Part shown: positions 18,487 to 29,110 of the stretch, piece by piece
How the letters are laid out: every line of letters begins with the position of its first letter
Position numbering within the stretch: the stretch's first letter is position 1
Assembly (NCBI GenBank): GCA_038874595.1
Contig: JAVZCB010000001.1
Coordinates: 128,001 to 192,000, forward strand
Length of the DNA stretch: 64,000 bases
From: Candidatus Micrarchaeia archaeon
GTDB lineage: Archaea; Micrarchaeota; Micrarchaeia; CAILAH01
Direction of reading: 5' to 3'
Notes under the pieces: generated by a model
What the model was told of the DNA's origin: nothing
Database searches by the model: none
The model's input: the letters and a program-made list of their open reading frames with translations, nothing else
Made by a program: the position numbers and the translations under genes

Positions 18487-20091
18487 ATGTTTAAAATAAA
18501 ATCAAGGCCAAACTTTGATGTTATGGCTGATGATGCTTACACAAGAGCGCTCGATGAGATTCTTGATGTGCTTTCTTCAGGTACGAGCACAGATATTGAG
18601 AGGCTAAAGCGTACTGTGTGCGATAAGAACAGGTTTTCAGCGTTCATACGGAATTCGGCACTTGTCAAGCGGGCAAAGGAGCGCGGCCTTTATCATTTGA
18701 TATCGCAGCTGCGCAAGAGGCCTATGCGAAGCATAAGTGGCATTGTTAACATTGCAATAATGACGATAAGCAACTGCCCGCATGGCAGGTGTACTTATTG
18801 CCCAAAAGGTGAAGGTGCCCCAAATTCTTATACGGGTTTTGAGCCAGCTACAATGCGCGGTATCCAGAATAAGTTTGATGCATACGAGCAGGTAAAATCC
18901 CGCATAACACAACTAAGTGAGATTGGCCATCCGACTGATAAATGCGAGGTTATCATACAGGGGGGGACATTTCTGGCGCAGCCCAGGGAGTACCAGGAAA
19001 GTTTTATGCTTGGCATGTACAATGCGCTGAACGGGTACAAATCAGATACTCTTGCGCAGGCGATAACGCTAAACGAGAAAGCGCCGCACAGGTGCATAGG
19101 ATTAACAATTGAGACGCGCCCCGATTGGTGTTTCCAGCAGCATGTTGATGCAATGTTATCTTTCGGTGCAACGCGTGTGGAGATAGGTGTGCAGACGCTT
19201 AAGCGCGATGTACTTGAAAAAACTAACCGCGGGCATACGCTTGAGGATGTATGGAAAGCCACACAAGTTGCAAAGGATTCTTTTTTCAAGGTATGCTATC
19301 ATATGATGCCTGGGCTGTATGCTACACCCGACGAGGATGTTGGGATGTTCAGGGAGCTTTTTGATAACCCGTACTACCGGCCAGATATGCTTAAGATATA
19401 CCCATTTTTGGTTATGCGTGGCACAGAGATTTATGAAGAGTGGCTGCAGGGCAAGATAACTCCGTATACAACTGAAGAGGCTGCAGATGTAATTGTTAGG
19501 GCATATGCTCACATACCCTATTATGTAAGGGTGATGCGTGTACAGCGCGATATACCTGCTTACTTGATTGAGAGCGGTGTAAAAAAAAGCAACCTGCGCC
19601 AGCTTGTTGAGAATAAGCTGGCTGAAAAAAGAATAACAACAGGTGAGATAAGGTACCGGGAGATAGGTCACAATCTGCTTAAGGGCAATGTCAATTATGA
19701 AATGCTCGAGCCGGAACTCATTGTAAGGAAGTATGATGCGTCAGATGGCGAGGAGTATTTCATTAGCTTTGAAGACAAGAGGACATCAATCCTGTTTGGT
19801 TTTGTTAGGTTAAGAGTGCCATCATCACCGCACAGGAAAGAGATAACACAGCGCTCTGCCGGCATACGTGAGCTTCACGTATACGGTGAACAGCTACCAT
19901 TAAGGCACAGGAGTGATGCGTCACCACAGCATAGGGGGTTTGGTAAAAGCCTGATGGCGGAAGCTGAGCGCATTTCTAAAGAAGAGCTTGATATGAACAA
20001 GCTGCTTGTTATAAGTGGTGTTGGTGTAAGAGATTACTATAGGAAACTTGGCTACACACTTGATGGGCCATACATGTCAAAAATGCTTTAG
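18487..20091 (+). CDS. elp3: tRNA uridine(34) acetyltransferase Elp3 (radical SAM + GNAT)
   Basis: CPHGRCTYCP, SYTG.EPA, QGGTF, ETRPD, KIYP, RVQRDIP, IRELHVYG, QHRGFG, ISGVGVRDYY. Confidence 0.96.
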   Translation: MFKIKSRPNFDVMADDAYTRALDEILDVLSSGTSTDIERLKRTVCDKNRFSAFIRNSALVKRAKERGLYHLISQLRKRPMRSISGIVNIAIMTISNCPHGRCTYCPKGEGAPNSYTGFEPATMRGIQNKFDAYEQVKSRITQLSEIGHPTDKCEVIIQGGTFLAQPREYQESFMLGMYNALNGYKSDTLAQAITLNEKAPHRCIGLTIETRPDWCFQQHVDAMLSFGATRVEIGVQTLKRDVLEKTNRGHTLEDVWKATQVAKDSFFKVCYHMMPGLYATPDEDVGMFRELFDNPYYRPDMLKIYPFLVMRGTEIYEEWLQGKITPYTTEEAADVIVRAYAHIPYYVRVMRVQRDIPAYLIESGVKKSNLRQLVENKLAEKRITTGEIRYREIGHNLLKGNVNYEMLEPELIVRKYDASDGEEYFISFEDKRTSILFGFVRLRVPSSPHRKEITQRSAGIRELHVYGEQLPLRHRSDASPQHRGFGKSLMAEAERISKEELDMNKLLVISGVGVRDYYRKLGYTLDGPYMSKML

Positions 20092-20111
20092 AGCGGCATG
20101 TTATCATGCGT

Positions 20112-20777
20112 TTAGTTTTGGGCTGAAAAGACAGTTGATACATTTTTTGCGATTGCGTTGATGCTTTCGATTTTCAGTATTTTTCCTTGTGCATGATGTA
20201 TAACTATTCCTGTGAGATATCCAGGCCTACCACCAATGCCTTCCAGGCAAAACCCAAGTTTATTGCTCAGTGCGACCCACAGTGGTGCTATTGTAAAATC
20301 ATGAGTAACAGCAATTATGCTTTTTTCAACCAGGTATTTTTGCAGGACTTCATCGGCATAATCTGATGGAGAGTTGTATTTGAAAAGGTTGAATTTGCTA
20401 TATCTCTTGAACAGAGTTTCTGTTTGCATAAAGAACATCGAGAAGAAGTCACTATTCATACATAGATGGTTCCATTCATCAACGTTCTTAACAAAACCAG
20501 CACAGAGCGTATCCGGCTCCTTAAGCTCACTTATCAGCGGCACCCTTTTTATAGGTGAATACCCTAATGAGATTAGCATAGCTGTTTCGCGACACCTCTT
20601 TCTCCTGCTTGTGTGTATCTCTTGTATATCCTCTGAGAATCTCCCTTTAAGGAATCTGCCAGCCTTGAATGCATTTATCTTTCCTTCGATTGTAAGGCCG
20701 CCTTCAGAAAAATCACTTGGTACGGATATATGCCGCCTGTTTGCATGTCTAATAAATATTGTCTTGTGTATTTGCAT
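20112..20777 (-). CDS. Histidine phosphatase superfamily protein
   Basis: FIRHA, LT.EG, TSRRKRCRETA, AVTHD. Confidence 0.8.
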   Translation of the reverse strand: MQIHKTIFIRHANRRHISVPSDFSEGGLTIEGKINAFKAGRFLKGRFSEDIQEIHTSRRKRCRETAMLISLGYSPIKRVPLISELKEPDTLCAGFVKNVDEWNHLCMNSDFFSMFFMQTETLFKRYSKFNLFKYNSPSDYADEVLQKYLVEKSIIAVTHDFTIAPLWVALSNKLGFCLEGIGGRPGYLTGIVIHHAQGKILKIESINAIAKNVSTVFSAQN

Positions 20778-20857
20778 AGGGGAAATTTTGGAGTTGATGA
20801 GTTAATAAACATTTAGGTTTTAGGTATGCTTTTATTATTCCATTGCATTATATTCTT

Positions 20858-22549
20858 ATGCGCATATTCAACAATCTTGTCTTTGCAAGCGTGTTCACGC
20901 TTGTACTGTTATTCTCAATGGTTGGGTTTTTTGTTATTCTGGCCTTTTTTCTTACGGGGGCATTGAGCCTAATATTTGCAATAGCATTTATCATCCTGTT
21001 CAACTTCATCCTGTTTTTCATCTCACCGATATTAATGGACTTAATGCTGAGATTTCTCTATAAATCCGAAGAAGTCAAGCTTGATGCTTTTATTAGCAGG
21101 ATTGGTAGGCCAGCAGAAGTTATACATAGGGTGATGGCCGAGAAAAAGTACATTAACATACGCAACGTTTACATAATTAACGATAATACACCAACCGCAT
21201 TCACTTACGGTTCTCTCCCATCGGAAGCACGCCTTGCAGTATCGCGTGGGCTTCTTGAAATGCTAAATGAAGACGAGATTGAGATTGTGCTCGCGCACGA
21301 GCTGGGCCACATCGCGAACCTTGATTTTATAATAATGACGATTGCGCAAACTATTGTAGAAATATTCTATGTAATATATACTTCATTGCTTAAAAGCGCA
21401 AAGTCAGGCGCACAGAGCAGTAGAGGTAGTAAGAAGGGAGGAGGTATATTATTCATACTTCTGTTTGCAATACTTGCGTACTCTTTTTATGTTATATCCC
21501 GTTACGTAGTTCTTTACCTGAGCAGGGTACGCGAGTATTATGCCGACGAATTTGCAGTAAAGCACACAAGAAAGCCAAAATCGCTTGCAATGGCACTCAT
21601 TAAGATTGCATACGGCCTTGGCATTGCACCGCCAGAGCAATGGAACAAGTTTAAGGGTCTGGAGGCACTTTGCATCTCATCACCAACAAGCTTTGTAATA
21701 AAACCTTCCAACAACCCGGATGATTTCATTAAATATACGGATTTTGATTTCAAATCCCCATGGGCTTCCCTTGTAGAGCTCGATGCAACGCATCCGCTAA
21801 TTGGGAAACGCGTTAAAAGGATATATGAGGTTGGGATAGAGATGGGGCTTATTGACAGGTTGCCTAAGGATATTGCAAATGTAAAAGAGCACGTTGTAAA
21901 AGCAAACCCCGCTGTAATAGGGTTGTATATTCTTGCAATGCCGTTGTTTATAGTGTGTGCATATATTCTATCATTTATAATCGGGCTGGTAGGCGTTTTT
22001 GCAGCTGGTGCTGTCGGGGCTGGCATTGCACTGATGATCTTGGCGGGAGCGGTAGGAATTTCAATTATTGCAAAGGGCATCCTGCAATTTTTGCGTTATG
22101 CAGATAGGAATGAGCATCAGCTCGAAGAGCTTCTAATGGATGAGACGGCATCACCTGTGCAGGGCAAGGCACTTAGCATAGAAGGCACAGCACTTGGTAG
22201 GGGCGAGGCAGGGTTCCTGCTTTCAACAGACCTATATGTCCGCACGAAGGAAAACGTGTTTTTGCTTGTAAAGACGGGATTCGCAATCCCAATTCTTAAT
22301 TTTGTGATTGGCATACTCCGTATATTCAGGATGGAAAAACTTCTTGGGCAGGATGTCCGTATTAAGGGATGGTTTTTCAGGGGTAACGGCTACTGGATAG
22401 ACGGAGATAAGATAGAATTCAAAATAGGCGACAAGTGGGAAAACCTAATGGGGATAGGGGCAATAATTAATGGTCTTCTATACTTAGTCACCGGTGGGTT
22501 TGTTATGGTTCTTGCACTATTTGCACCACTTTTGCTGCTTGTGCTTTAA
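20858..22549 (+). CDS. M48 (HtpX-like) membrane zinc metalloprotease with C-terminal extension
   Basis: PTAFTYG, LAHELGH, LSRVREYYAD, THP..GKR; extra TM and beta-rich tail. Confidence 0.9.
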   Translation: MRIFNNLVFASVFTLVLLFSMVGFFVILAFFLTGALSLIFAIAFIILFNFILFFISPILMDLMLRFLYKSEEVKLDAFISRIGRPAEVIHRVMAEKKYINIRNVYIINDNTPTAFTYGSLPSEARLAVSRGLLEMLNEDEIEIVLAHELGHIANLDFIIMTIAQTIVEIFYVIYTSLLKSAKSGAQSSRGSKKGGGILFILLFAILAYSFYVISRYVVLYLSRVREYYADEFAVKHTRKPKSLAMALIKIAYGLGIAPPEQWNKFKGLEALCISSPTSFVIKPSNNPDDFIKYTDFDFKSPWASLVELDATHPLIGKRVKRIYEVGIEMGLIDRLPKDIANVKEHVVKANPAVIGLYILAMPLFIVCAYILSFIIGLVGVFAAGAVGAGIALMILAGAVGISIIAKGILQFLRYADRNEHQLEELLMDETASPVQGKALSIEGTALGRGEAGFLLSTDLYVRTKENVFLLVKTGFAIPILNFVIGILRIFRMEKLLGQDVRIKGWFFRGNGYWIDGDKIEFKIGDKWENLMGIGAIINGLLYLVTGGFVMVLALFAPLLLLVL

Positions 22550-22605
22550 TTATTTTTTTGTATTCTTTTTGGATTTGTGTGATAGCTTATTAATCCTGTT
22601 GTAGA

Positions 22606-23283
22606 ATGATATTTATGGCCTATAAGTTATCTGCATCCTCTTTGTATCTATTCGAGGAATGTCCTCGTTGCTTCTGGCTTAAGCTTAACAAGAAAATATC
22701 GCGGCCTGAGGTTGCATTCCCATCACTTCCCGCAGGTATGGACCACATATTAAAGGAGCATTTTGACAGCTATACGCTGCTCGGTGAGCTGCCCCCAGAG
22801 CTAAATGGTAAGGTTGCAGATTGTAAGCTGTTTGATGATGTTAAGGCGCTCAGGTCTATGAGGGCACCTAATGGGTCGCTGAAATGGGAGGATGAAGACG
22901 GTAATGTTTTATGTGGTGCGATTGATTGCCTTCTCGTAAAGGGGGATAGGGTTATCATTCTTGATTACAAGACGCGCGGGTATGCTATCAAGGAAGACAC
23001 GCATAAACATTACAATAACCAGATGGACATTTATGCGTTCCTTCTCCAGCAAGCTGGTTATAATATTGAAGATTATGCTTTCCTTTTGTTCTATTTCCCA
23101 AAACAAGTTAATCGTAACGGAGACTTTGTGTTTGATTCAAGACTTGTTAGGATAAATGTAAGCCCTGAGCGTGCAAGGAAATTATTCAGGAGAGGAGTAG
23201 AAGTTCTTAAGGGCCCAATGCCGGCACCATCACCAGATTGTGGGTTTTGCAGGTGGGCTGAAAAATTGAGCGTTCTCTATTGA
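22606..23283 (+). CDS. Stand-alone PD-(D/E)XK (RecB/Cas4-like) nuclease
   Basis: LSASSL, CPRCFW, GAID..ILDYKT, QMDIYA, CGFC. Confidence 0.85.
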   Translation: MIFMAYKLSASSLYLFEECPRCFWLKLNKKISRPEVAFPSLPAGMDHILKEHFDSYTLLGELPPELNGKVADCKLFDDVKALRSMRAPNGSLKWEDEDGNVLCGAIDCLLVKGDRVIILDYKTRGYAIKEDTHKHYNNQMDIYAFLLQQAGYNIEDYAFLLFYFPKQVNRNGDFVFDSRLVRINVSPERARKLFRRGVEVLKGPMPAPSPDCGFCRWAEKLSVLY

Positions 23284-23330
23284 AAAATCCCAGGTAGCGT
23301 TTTATTTAAGATATTTCTGTGTAAATATAC

Positions 23331-23897
23331 ATGAGGGAAAAGGAGCTGATTATGATGGATATGTTCAAACCAAAACCAATGCCACGTGTGCAGGATGCGA
23401 AATCACAGGCTGAGGAAAAGATATACACCAAAATCATAGGTGATGATGACGATGATGGCGGTGCGGCTGTTGCAGCTGCAGAAGACGTGCAGAAGCTGCC
23501 ACAAAAGCCATCCTCAGGGGTTGTCAAGATTGAGCTTGCAAAAGTATTTTTCAAGTGTGGCCAGGAAGTTTCAGGAAGGGTCTCTGTAAAGATGAACAAA
23601 CCACTCAACGCAGAATCGCTGGTTGTTGCAGTGTGGGGGCAGAAAGCAGTTAATGTCCCTCCTTCACTGAGGAACCAAGGTGAGACAGGTGCAAGACAGA
23701 TTTTTGTGAGCCAGCGCTCGCGAGAGTTATCAGGCCCAAAGGTATTTGATGGTGAGCACGTGTTTGAATTTAAATTACCGATTGTTGCACCCATGCCCGA
23801 CATTGCAGCAAACTATAGGTGGTATGTGGGCGCATCGCTTCTTGCACCACAGGAAGAAATCACCGATATGATTGAGATCAAAGTTGCAGATTACTAA
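23331..23897 (+). CDS. Arrestin-N/SpoOM-like beta-sandwich protein
   Basis: IELAKVFFKCGQEVSGRVSV..., GEHVFEFKLP, YRWYVGASL pattern after an acidic disordered N-terminus. Confidence 0.55.
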   Translation: MREKELIMMDMFKPKPMPRVQDAKSQAEEKIYTKIIGDDDDDGGAAVAAAEDVQKLPQKPSSGVVKIELAKVFFKCGQEVSGRVSVKMNKPLNAESLVVAVWGQKAVNVPPSLRNQGETGARQIFVSQRSRELSGPKVFDGEHVFEFKLPIVAPMPDIAANYRWYVGASLLAPQEEITDMIEIKVADY

Positions 23898-23977
23898 CTT
23901 ATTTTGCCTTTTGTTCTTAATTTGTGGCCATACTCAGAAATATAAATATAATTCCTAATTATTTTAGCAGTGATAGT

Positions 23978-24190
23978 ATGTTTGGTTTGGAAGTAAATGA
24001 AGGCACTATTGACCGAGCAGTACGTATCATTGTAGGGGTACTGGCTGCGGCGGTAGCATTTTTTAGGATGGTAATGCCTCCTCTTGACTTGCTATTGTAT
24101 GTTATTGCAGTGGTATTGATTATAACAGGGATTACAGGCTTCTGCGGCCTTTACAGGCTATTGGGAATAAACACTCTAAGCAAGAAGTAA
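23978..24190 (+). CDS. DUF2892 (YgaP-like) small membrane protein
   Basis: NEGTIDRAVRIIVG...TGFCGLYRLLGINT. Confidence 0.9.
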   Translation: MFGLEVNEGTIDRAVRIIVGVLAAAVAFFRMVMPPLDLLLYVIAVVLIITGITGFCGLYRLLGINTLSKK

Positions 24191-24318
24191 CAATTCTTAT
24201 AATGTTACAGTTTGTATTGGATGAACACAGAGACTAATCGAATTTTGTATTCTTCAATAAAACTGCAGTAATACATCCAATCAAAAATTTTTTATTTGTA
24301 ATCTACCAGAATTGCGTC

Positions 24319-25029
24319 GTGCGCGTTACTGGCATAATTCCAATAGAAACCACAAGGCACATGCATAAGAGTAATCTGGCAAGGTTGCTTCCGCTAACTG
24401 ATATAATAGAAGCGCAGCACGCTGCCTGCGATTTTGTATCCGGATGGCAGATGCCTGCACACTTAAAGATATATTATAGGTGCTCACACGAGCTTGCAAT
24501 GGGCAAGAAAAGTGTTGCATACTATAACTATATTGGCAACAAGCCGAGCAGGCGTAGGATAGTGGTGTTTATTGACAAGATGGTGCGGCGCCTTTACAGG
24601 ACGAAATCAAAAGAGCCGTATAAAGTCTACCTTGGCGGAGTGCTTGTGCATGAGTTTTGCCATGTAAGGGATTACAGTAACAGGTTCCCAATAGTATTTA
24701 AGCAATACCAGCCTTTACAAAATGAAGAAGACAAAATGCTTACTTACATATATGACTTTATATGTGAAGCACATGCGGAAGAGCAGTGCACCTCTTTCAT
24801 TCAAAAATATTCCCCAACATACAAGCCGTTGAGCATATTTAAGCTGTACCGTGAGCTGCTCACAGAGTTTAAGTCACCTATGTATATATACCGCAAGATT
24901 ACTCGGTTGATTAATGTTTGTCGTTTAATACTCGGTGATGGATGGTTTTACAAGGTGGCTTTAAATCCACCTGATTTTGATGATTTGTCACATCCTGAGG
25001 AATATGCAGAATGGCTTGGTGGGATTTAA
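24319..25029 (+). CDS. Hypothetical zincin-like metalloprotein
   Basis: VLVHEFCH (HExxH) with downstream CEAHA. Confidence 0.55.
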   Translation: MRVTGIIPIETTRHMHKSNLARLLPLTDIIEAQHAACDFVSGWQMPAHLKIYYRCSHELAMGKKSVAYYNYIGNKPSRRRIVVFIDKMVRRLYRTKSKEPYKVYLGGVLVHEFCHVRDYSNRFPIVFKQYQPLQNEEDKMLTYIYDFICEAHAEEQCTSFIQKYSPTYKPLSIFKLYRELLTEFKSPMYIYRKITRLINVCRLILGDGWFYKVALNPPDFDDLSHPEEYAEWLGGI

Positions 25030-25054
25030 AATAATTTATGTATATATACCGTAA

Positions 25055-26653
25055 ATGGATTTTCTTGACGGGATACCAATAGATATGCTGCTTTCGATAC
25101 TGCCAGCTGTTGTGCTTTTCCTTTATGGTATAGAGCATTTCAGCAAAGAGATTCTAAAAGCATCAGGTGATTTCTTTCGATCAACAGTTCATAAGCTCAC
25201 AAAAACTCCTGTTAGAGGCCTGGTTTCAGGAATGATTGTCTGCTCAATCATACAATCAAGTACAGCTACCACACTCATTGCAGTAGGCCTTGTAAATGCA
25301 GGGCTCATCTCATTTTCACAGAGCTTGGGTGTGATATTTGGCGCAAACATAGGAACTGCGGTAACGGCACAGCTCATTGCACTTAAGCTTACTGCTTTTG
25401 CTCCTGTGTTCATTGTTATTGGCTTCATAGTGGATATTATAGGAGGAAAATACAAGTTTATCGGCAAGCCGCTGTTTTATTTCGGCCTTGTATTCTTCTC
25501 TCTCACTCTTTTATCCGGCTCGGTAGAGGTGCTTAAGGATAATCCACAGGTACTTAGTTTGTTTTCGCACTTCACAAACCCATTATGGGGAGTTTTTGTT
25601 GGCTTTATTGTAACAAACCTGTTCCAGTCAAGCTCGGTAACTACTGGCATTGTGGTCATTTTTGCACAGGGCGGCCTGATTGGATTTAGTGATGCGCTCC
25701 TGCTCATACTTGGCGCTAACATTGGCACAACTGTGACAACACTACTAGCGTCAACAAGGATGGACCTTGCAGCGAGGAGGGCAGCGGCAGCACATTTCCT
25801 GTTTAATGTGCTAGGTGTAATACTGATACTCCCATTCCTTCCACAATTCAGTGCGTTTGTAGAGTCGCTGGGTGGTGATGAAGGCCAAATGGTTGCAAAT
25901 GCACATATGCTGTTCAACGTATCTGCAGCGCTTTTGTTCTTGCTTGCACTCGGCCCATTCGAGATACTTGTGAAACGGCTCGTGCCGGGAGAGCAAAAAG
26001 AGATCGTGCTCGCTCCAAAATACCTAAATGGCGAAGTACCAAAGGATAATACCGAAGCGTTTAAGCTGGTTGAAAAAGAGATACATCATATGATGGACGT
26101 GTCGCGTGATATGTACGATGAGGTTATACATTCCATACAGGCAAGAAAGGATTGCCGCAGCCGTGTTGATAAGCTTTAGGCATATACCGATTTGCTTGAT
26201 GACCAAATTAGCATGGCACTGCTTAAAATCTCACAGCGTGAACTTACTAAAAAGGAGGTGGAGCATATAGTGCTACTCACGCGCATATCCAACCAAGTTG
26301 AGCAGTTTGCGGATTCGATAAAAATAATCAGCAATCTTTATTCAAACCTTCGCGACCGGGGTGTTTATCTTTCAGATGAATCAATGGCGGCATTTCTTAG
26401 CTGTTCAGTTATGGTACGGGAGAACCTTGAGCTGCTGCTTGAGAGCGAACTCAATAAGATGGATGATAAAACGGTTTCAAGGATGCGACAGAACGATGAT
26501 AAGCTGCGCGCAGAGATTAACAGTGCATACAAAGAGCATCTCAAACGTATTCAAATGAAATCCTCAAACTATGGGAGCCTATTTATTGAGATGCTTTCCA
26601 CGCTTGACAATGCCAACGATCGCCTGAGAACTATACGTAAGATGTTGCAGTAA
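25055..26653 (+). pseudogene. Na/Pi cotransporter (NptA/YjbB family) with PhoU-like tail, broken by one in-frame TAG at 26177-26179
   Basis: QSSTATT/GANIGT and QSSSVTT/GANIGT repeats; ORFs 25055-26179 and 26192-26653 are in the same frame (DKL*AYTDLLDDQI). Confidence 0.8.
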
Positions 26654-26750
26654 TCAGGTATCTATAAATCAAAGGATGTTACGCATATGCCAATATAAGT
26701 ATGCTTATTATTTTTTATATTCCATATTTGGTTCTGGCAAGGTGCTGCTT

Positions 26751-27719
26751 ATGATACAGGAGCGTGGTTTATTTGGCCTTAATATGACCATATTGGTTAC
26801 GTCAGTGTTGGTGTTTGGTGTAATCGCAGGTATACTTGGCGTGATATTGCTTTATGCTGGTGTTACAGGGGAAGGTGCAATACTGCTTTGGCTTATTATA
26901 TCGTTCCTTATGATATTCTTGCAGTGGTATTTTGGACCCGCGCTTATACGCTTTGTGACCGGTGCCCGAGAGGTTAAGCCTGAGGAGGCACCTAAGCTGC
27001 ACGCTATGCTTGACCGGCTGAGTAGTGAAGCCGGCATCCCAAAGCCGAAACTCTATGTAGTTAACAACCGCACACCCAATGCATTTGCATTCGGTAGGAC
27101 ACAGGGCAGCTCAGGCATTGCCGTGCACACTGGTCTTCTTGAAGTGCTTAATGAGGATGAAGTGGAAGCTGTGCTGGCACACGAGGTTGGCCATATCAAG
27201 CACCGTGACGTGCTGGTGATGACAGTTGCAAGCTCGCTTCCTGTGATGTTATATTACGCAGTGCTCATATTTGGAGGTGGTAATGACCGCGAGCGCGGGC
27301 TCGGTAGCATAATGCTTACGTTTATAGGAGCAATAATTGCACAGCTCATAGGTCAGCTGATGGTGATGTGGCTGTCAAGAAGGCGTGAGTATTATGCAGA
27401 TGCATTTGCAGCGTATGCCACCCGTAAGCCGGAACTGCTTATGAGCGCACTTGCGAAAATCACTTACAAGGCAGGCCCGGAGCCTGCAGCGTCTGGCTTA
27501 TCTTCACTTTATATTGCAGACCCGTCACCCCCAGAGAAGGAAAAAGTGGCTGAAATTGCCCGTGCGCTGGGTACAGGCAATCCTGCGCTTATTGAAAGTG
27601 CAATACAGAATGAGGTGCAAAAAGCTGGTGTTTTTGAGATATTCATGACACATCCGCTTACTGCAAAGAGACTCGCTGCACTCTGGGAGATTAAAAAAGA
27701 GAATGAATTTGCAGCATAA
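26751..27719 (+). CDS. htpX: Protease HtpX (M48)
   Basis: PNAFAFGR, LAHEVGH, LSRRREYYAD, FMTHP..AKR. Confidence 0.92.
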   Translation: MIQERGLFGLNMTILVTSVLVFGVIAGILGVILLYAGVTGEGAILLWLIISFLMIFLQWYFGPALIRFVTGAREVKPEEAPKLHAMLDRLSSEAGIPKPKLYVVNNRTPNAFAFGRTQGSSGIAVHTGLLEVLNEDEVEAVLAHEVGHIKHRDVLVMTVASSLPVMLYYAVLIFGGGNDRERGLGSIMLTFIGAIIAQLIGQLMVMWLSRRREYYADAFAAYATRKPELLMSALAKITYKAGPEPAASGLSSLYIADPSPPEKEKVAEIARALGTGNPALIESAIQNEVQKAGVFEIFMTHPLTAKRLAALWEIKKENEFAA

Positions 27720-27773
27720 GAGCTTATGTATGATATGAAAGCTGTAATAAATATAGGTACCTGGCTAGTATGA

Positions 27774-29087
27774 GTGGTGTATATGGTTAAAAAGCAGGAA
27801 CTTAAGCGTGAACTGGGCCTGTTCCAAGTTACAATGGCAGGTGTTGGATATATTTTAGGTGCAGGTATTTACGTGCTAATTGGTTTAGCTGCGGGCTATG
27901 CAGGTAATGCAACGTGGATTTCTTTCTTGTTAGGTTCTTTTGCAGCAATATTTACAGGACTTTCATATGCGGAATTGAGCTCTATGATGCCACGCAACGC
28001 CAGTGAGTTCCTTTATGGAAAGCGCTCACTGGGTGAACTGTTCGGGTTTTTTGGGGCGTTTATGATGATGTTTTCAGCCATACTTGCATCAACGTCAGTG
28101 GCGCTTGGGTTTGCAAAGTATTTTTCATCGATGTTTGGTACGGACTCTATCGTACTGATTGCAGCAGGCATTATCATTTTGCTTACATACATTAACTGGA
28201 AGAGCATAAAGGGCAGCTCAAACCTTAACATATTGTGTACTTTTGCAGAACTCGGAGGTCTGCTCATAATAATTGCGCTTGCATTGTTATATGGCAGTTC
28301 AGTTGACTTATTTGAGATGCCGAACGGCTTTGGTGGTGTGTTTAAGGGTGCTGCATTGGTGTTCTTTGCATACCTCGGGTTTGAAGGGCTGGTTAAGTTG
28401 GCAGAAGAGACAAAAGAGCCACATAAAACAATTCCACAGGCGCTTGTTCTCTCAATAATAATAACTTCGCTGGTATATATTGCAGTGGCAATTTCAGCAG
28501 TAAGTGTACTTGATTGGCATGAGCTTGCCGCATCAAAAGCACCATTGGCGGATGTTGCCTCAAAAGTTATGGGAAGTAATGCGTTTATACTTCTAAGCAT
28601 AATTGCACTGTTTTCAACAGCCAACACTGTATTGATGGGGCTCGTGACATCTTCTCGCGGGCTTTACGGCCTTGCAACAGAATTCAAAAAGATAGGTGTT
28701 TTTGCAAGAGTGGGCAATACGGGCACACCAACCAACGCAGTTGTTATTACTGCCATCGTTGCAATATTGTTTTTGCTTATAGGGAGCATTTCTATTGTAG
28801 CGGAGCTTACAAACTTTACAATATTCATGACTTTTATTATAGTAAACCTATCTGTAATATTCCTCCGGTTAAAGGAACCACGAGCCAAGAGGCCGTTTAA
28901 AGTGCCGCTTAGCATTGGGCGTGTGCCTATACTGCCCGTGCTTGGGATTCTTACAGTTATATTCCTAACACTTAATCTTGAACCGTATGTTATCATAGGT
29001 GGGATAATTTTTAGCCTGCTTGTAGTGCCTCTTTATTATTTTATTAGGAATCACGGTGGCAGAACAAAAAATAGGAAAACTATTTAA
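27774..29087 (+). CDS. APC-family amino acid permease
   Basis: LKRELGL, ILGAGIY, SYAELSS, FFAYLGFE, AEETKEP, RPFKVP; about 12 TM. Confidence 0.93.
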   Translation: MVYMVKKQELKRELGLFQVTMAGVGYILGAGIYVLIGLAAGYAGNATWISFLLGSFAAIFTGLSYAELSSMMPRNASEFLYGKRSLGELFGFFGAFMMMFSAILASTSVALGFAKYFSSMFGTDSIVLIAAGIIILLTYINWKSIKGSSNLNILCTFAELGGLLIIIALALLYGSSVDLFEMPNGFGGVFKGAALVFFAYLGFEGLVKLAEETKEPHKTIPQALVLSIIITSLVYIAVAISAVSVLDWHELAASKAPLADVASKVMGSNAFILLSIIALFSTANTVLMGLVTSSRGLYGLATEFKKIGVFARVGNTGTPTNAVVITAIVAILFLLIGSISIVAELTNFTIFMTFIIVNLSVIFLRLKEPRAKRPFKVPLSIGRVPILPVLGILTVIFLTLNLEPYVIIGGIIFSLLVVPLYYFIRNHGGRTKNRKTI

Positions 29088-29110
29088 GATATACTTTTTC
29101 CAAAAAATCT

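Noticed and set aside
22606-23283. CRISPR-Cas adaptation module
   Set aside because: No cas1/cas2 or array in the window
26177-26179. Genome-wide amber (pyrrolysine) recoding
   Set aside because: Many conserved genes here (GGGP synthase, elp3, trxA, rpoP, mutS) end at TAG at the expected position
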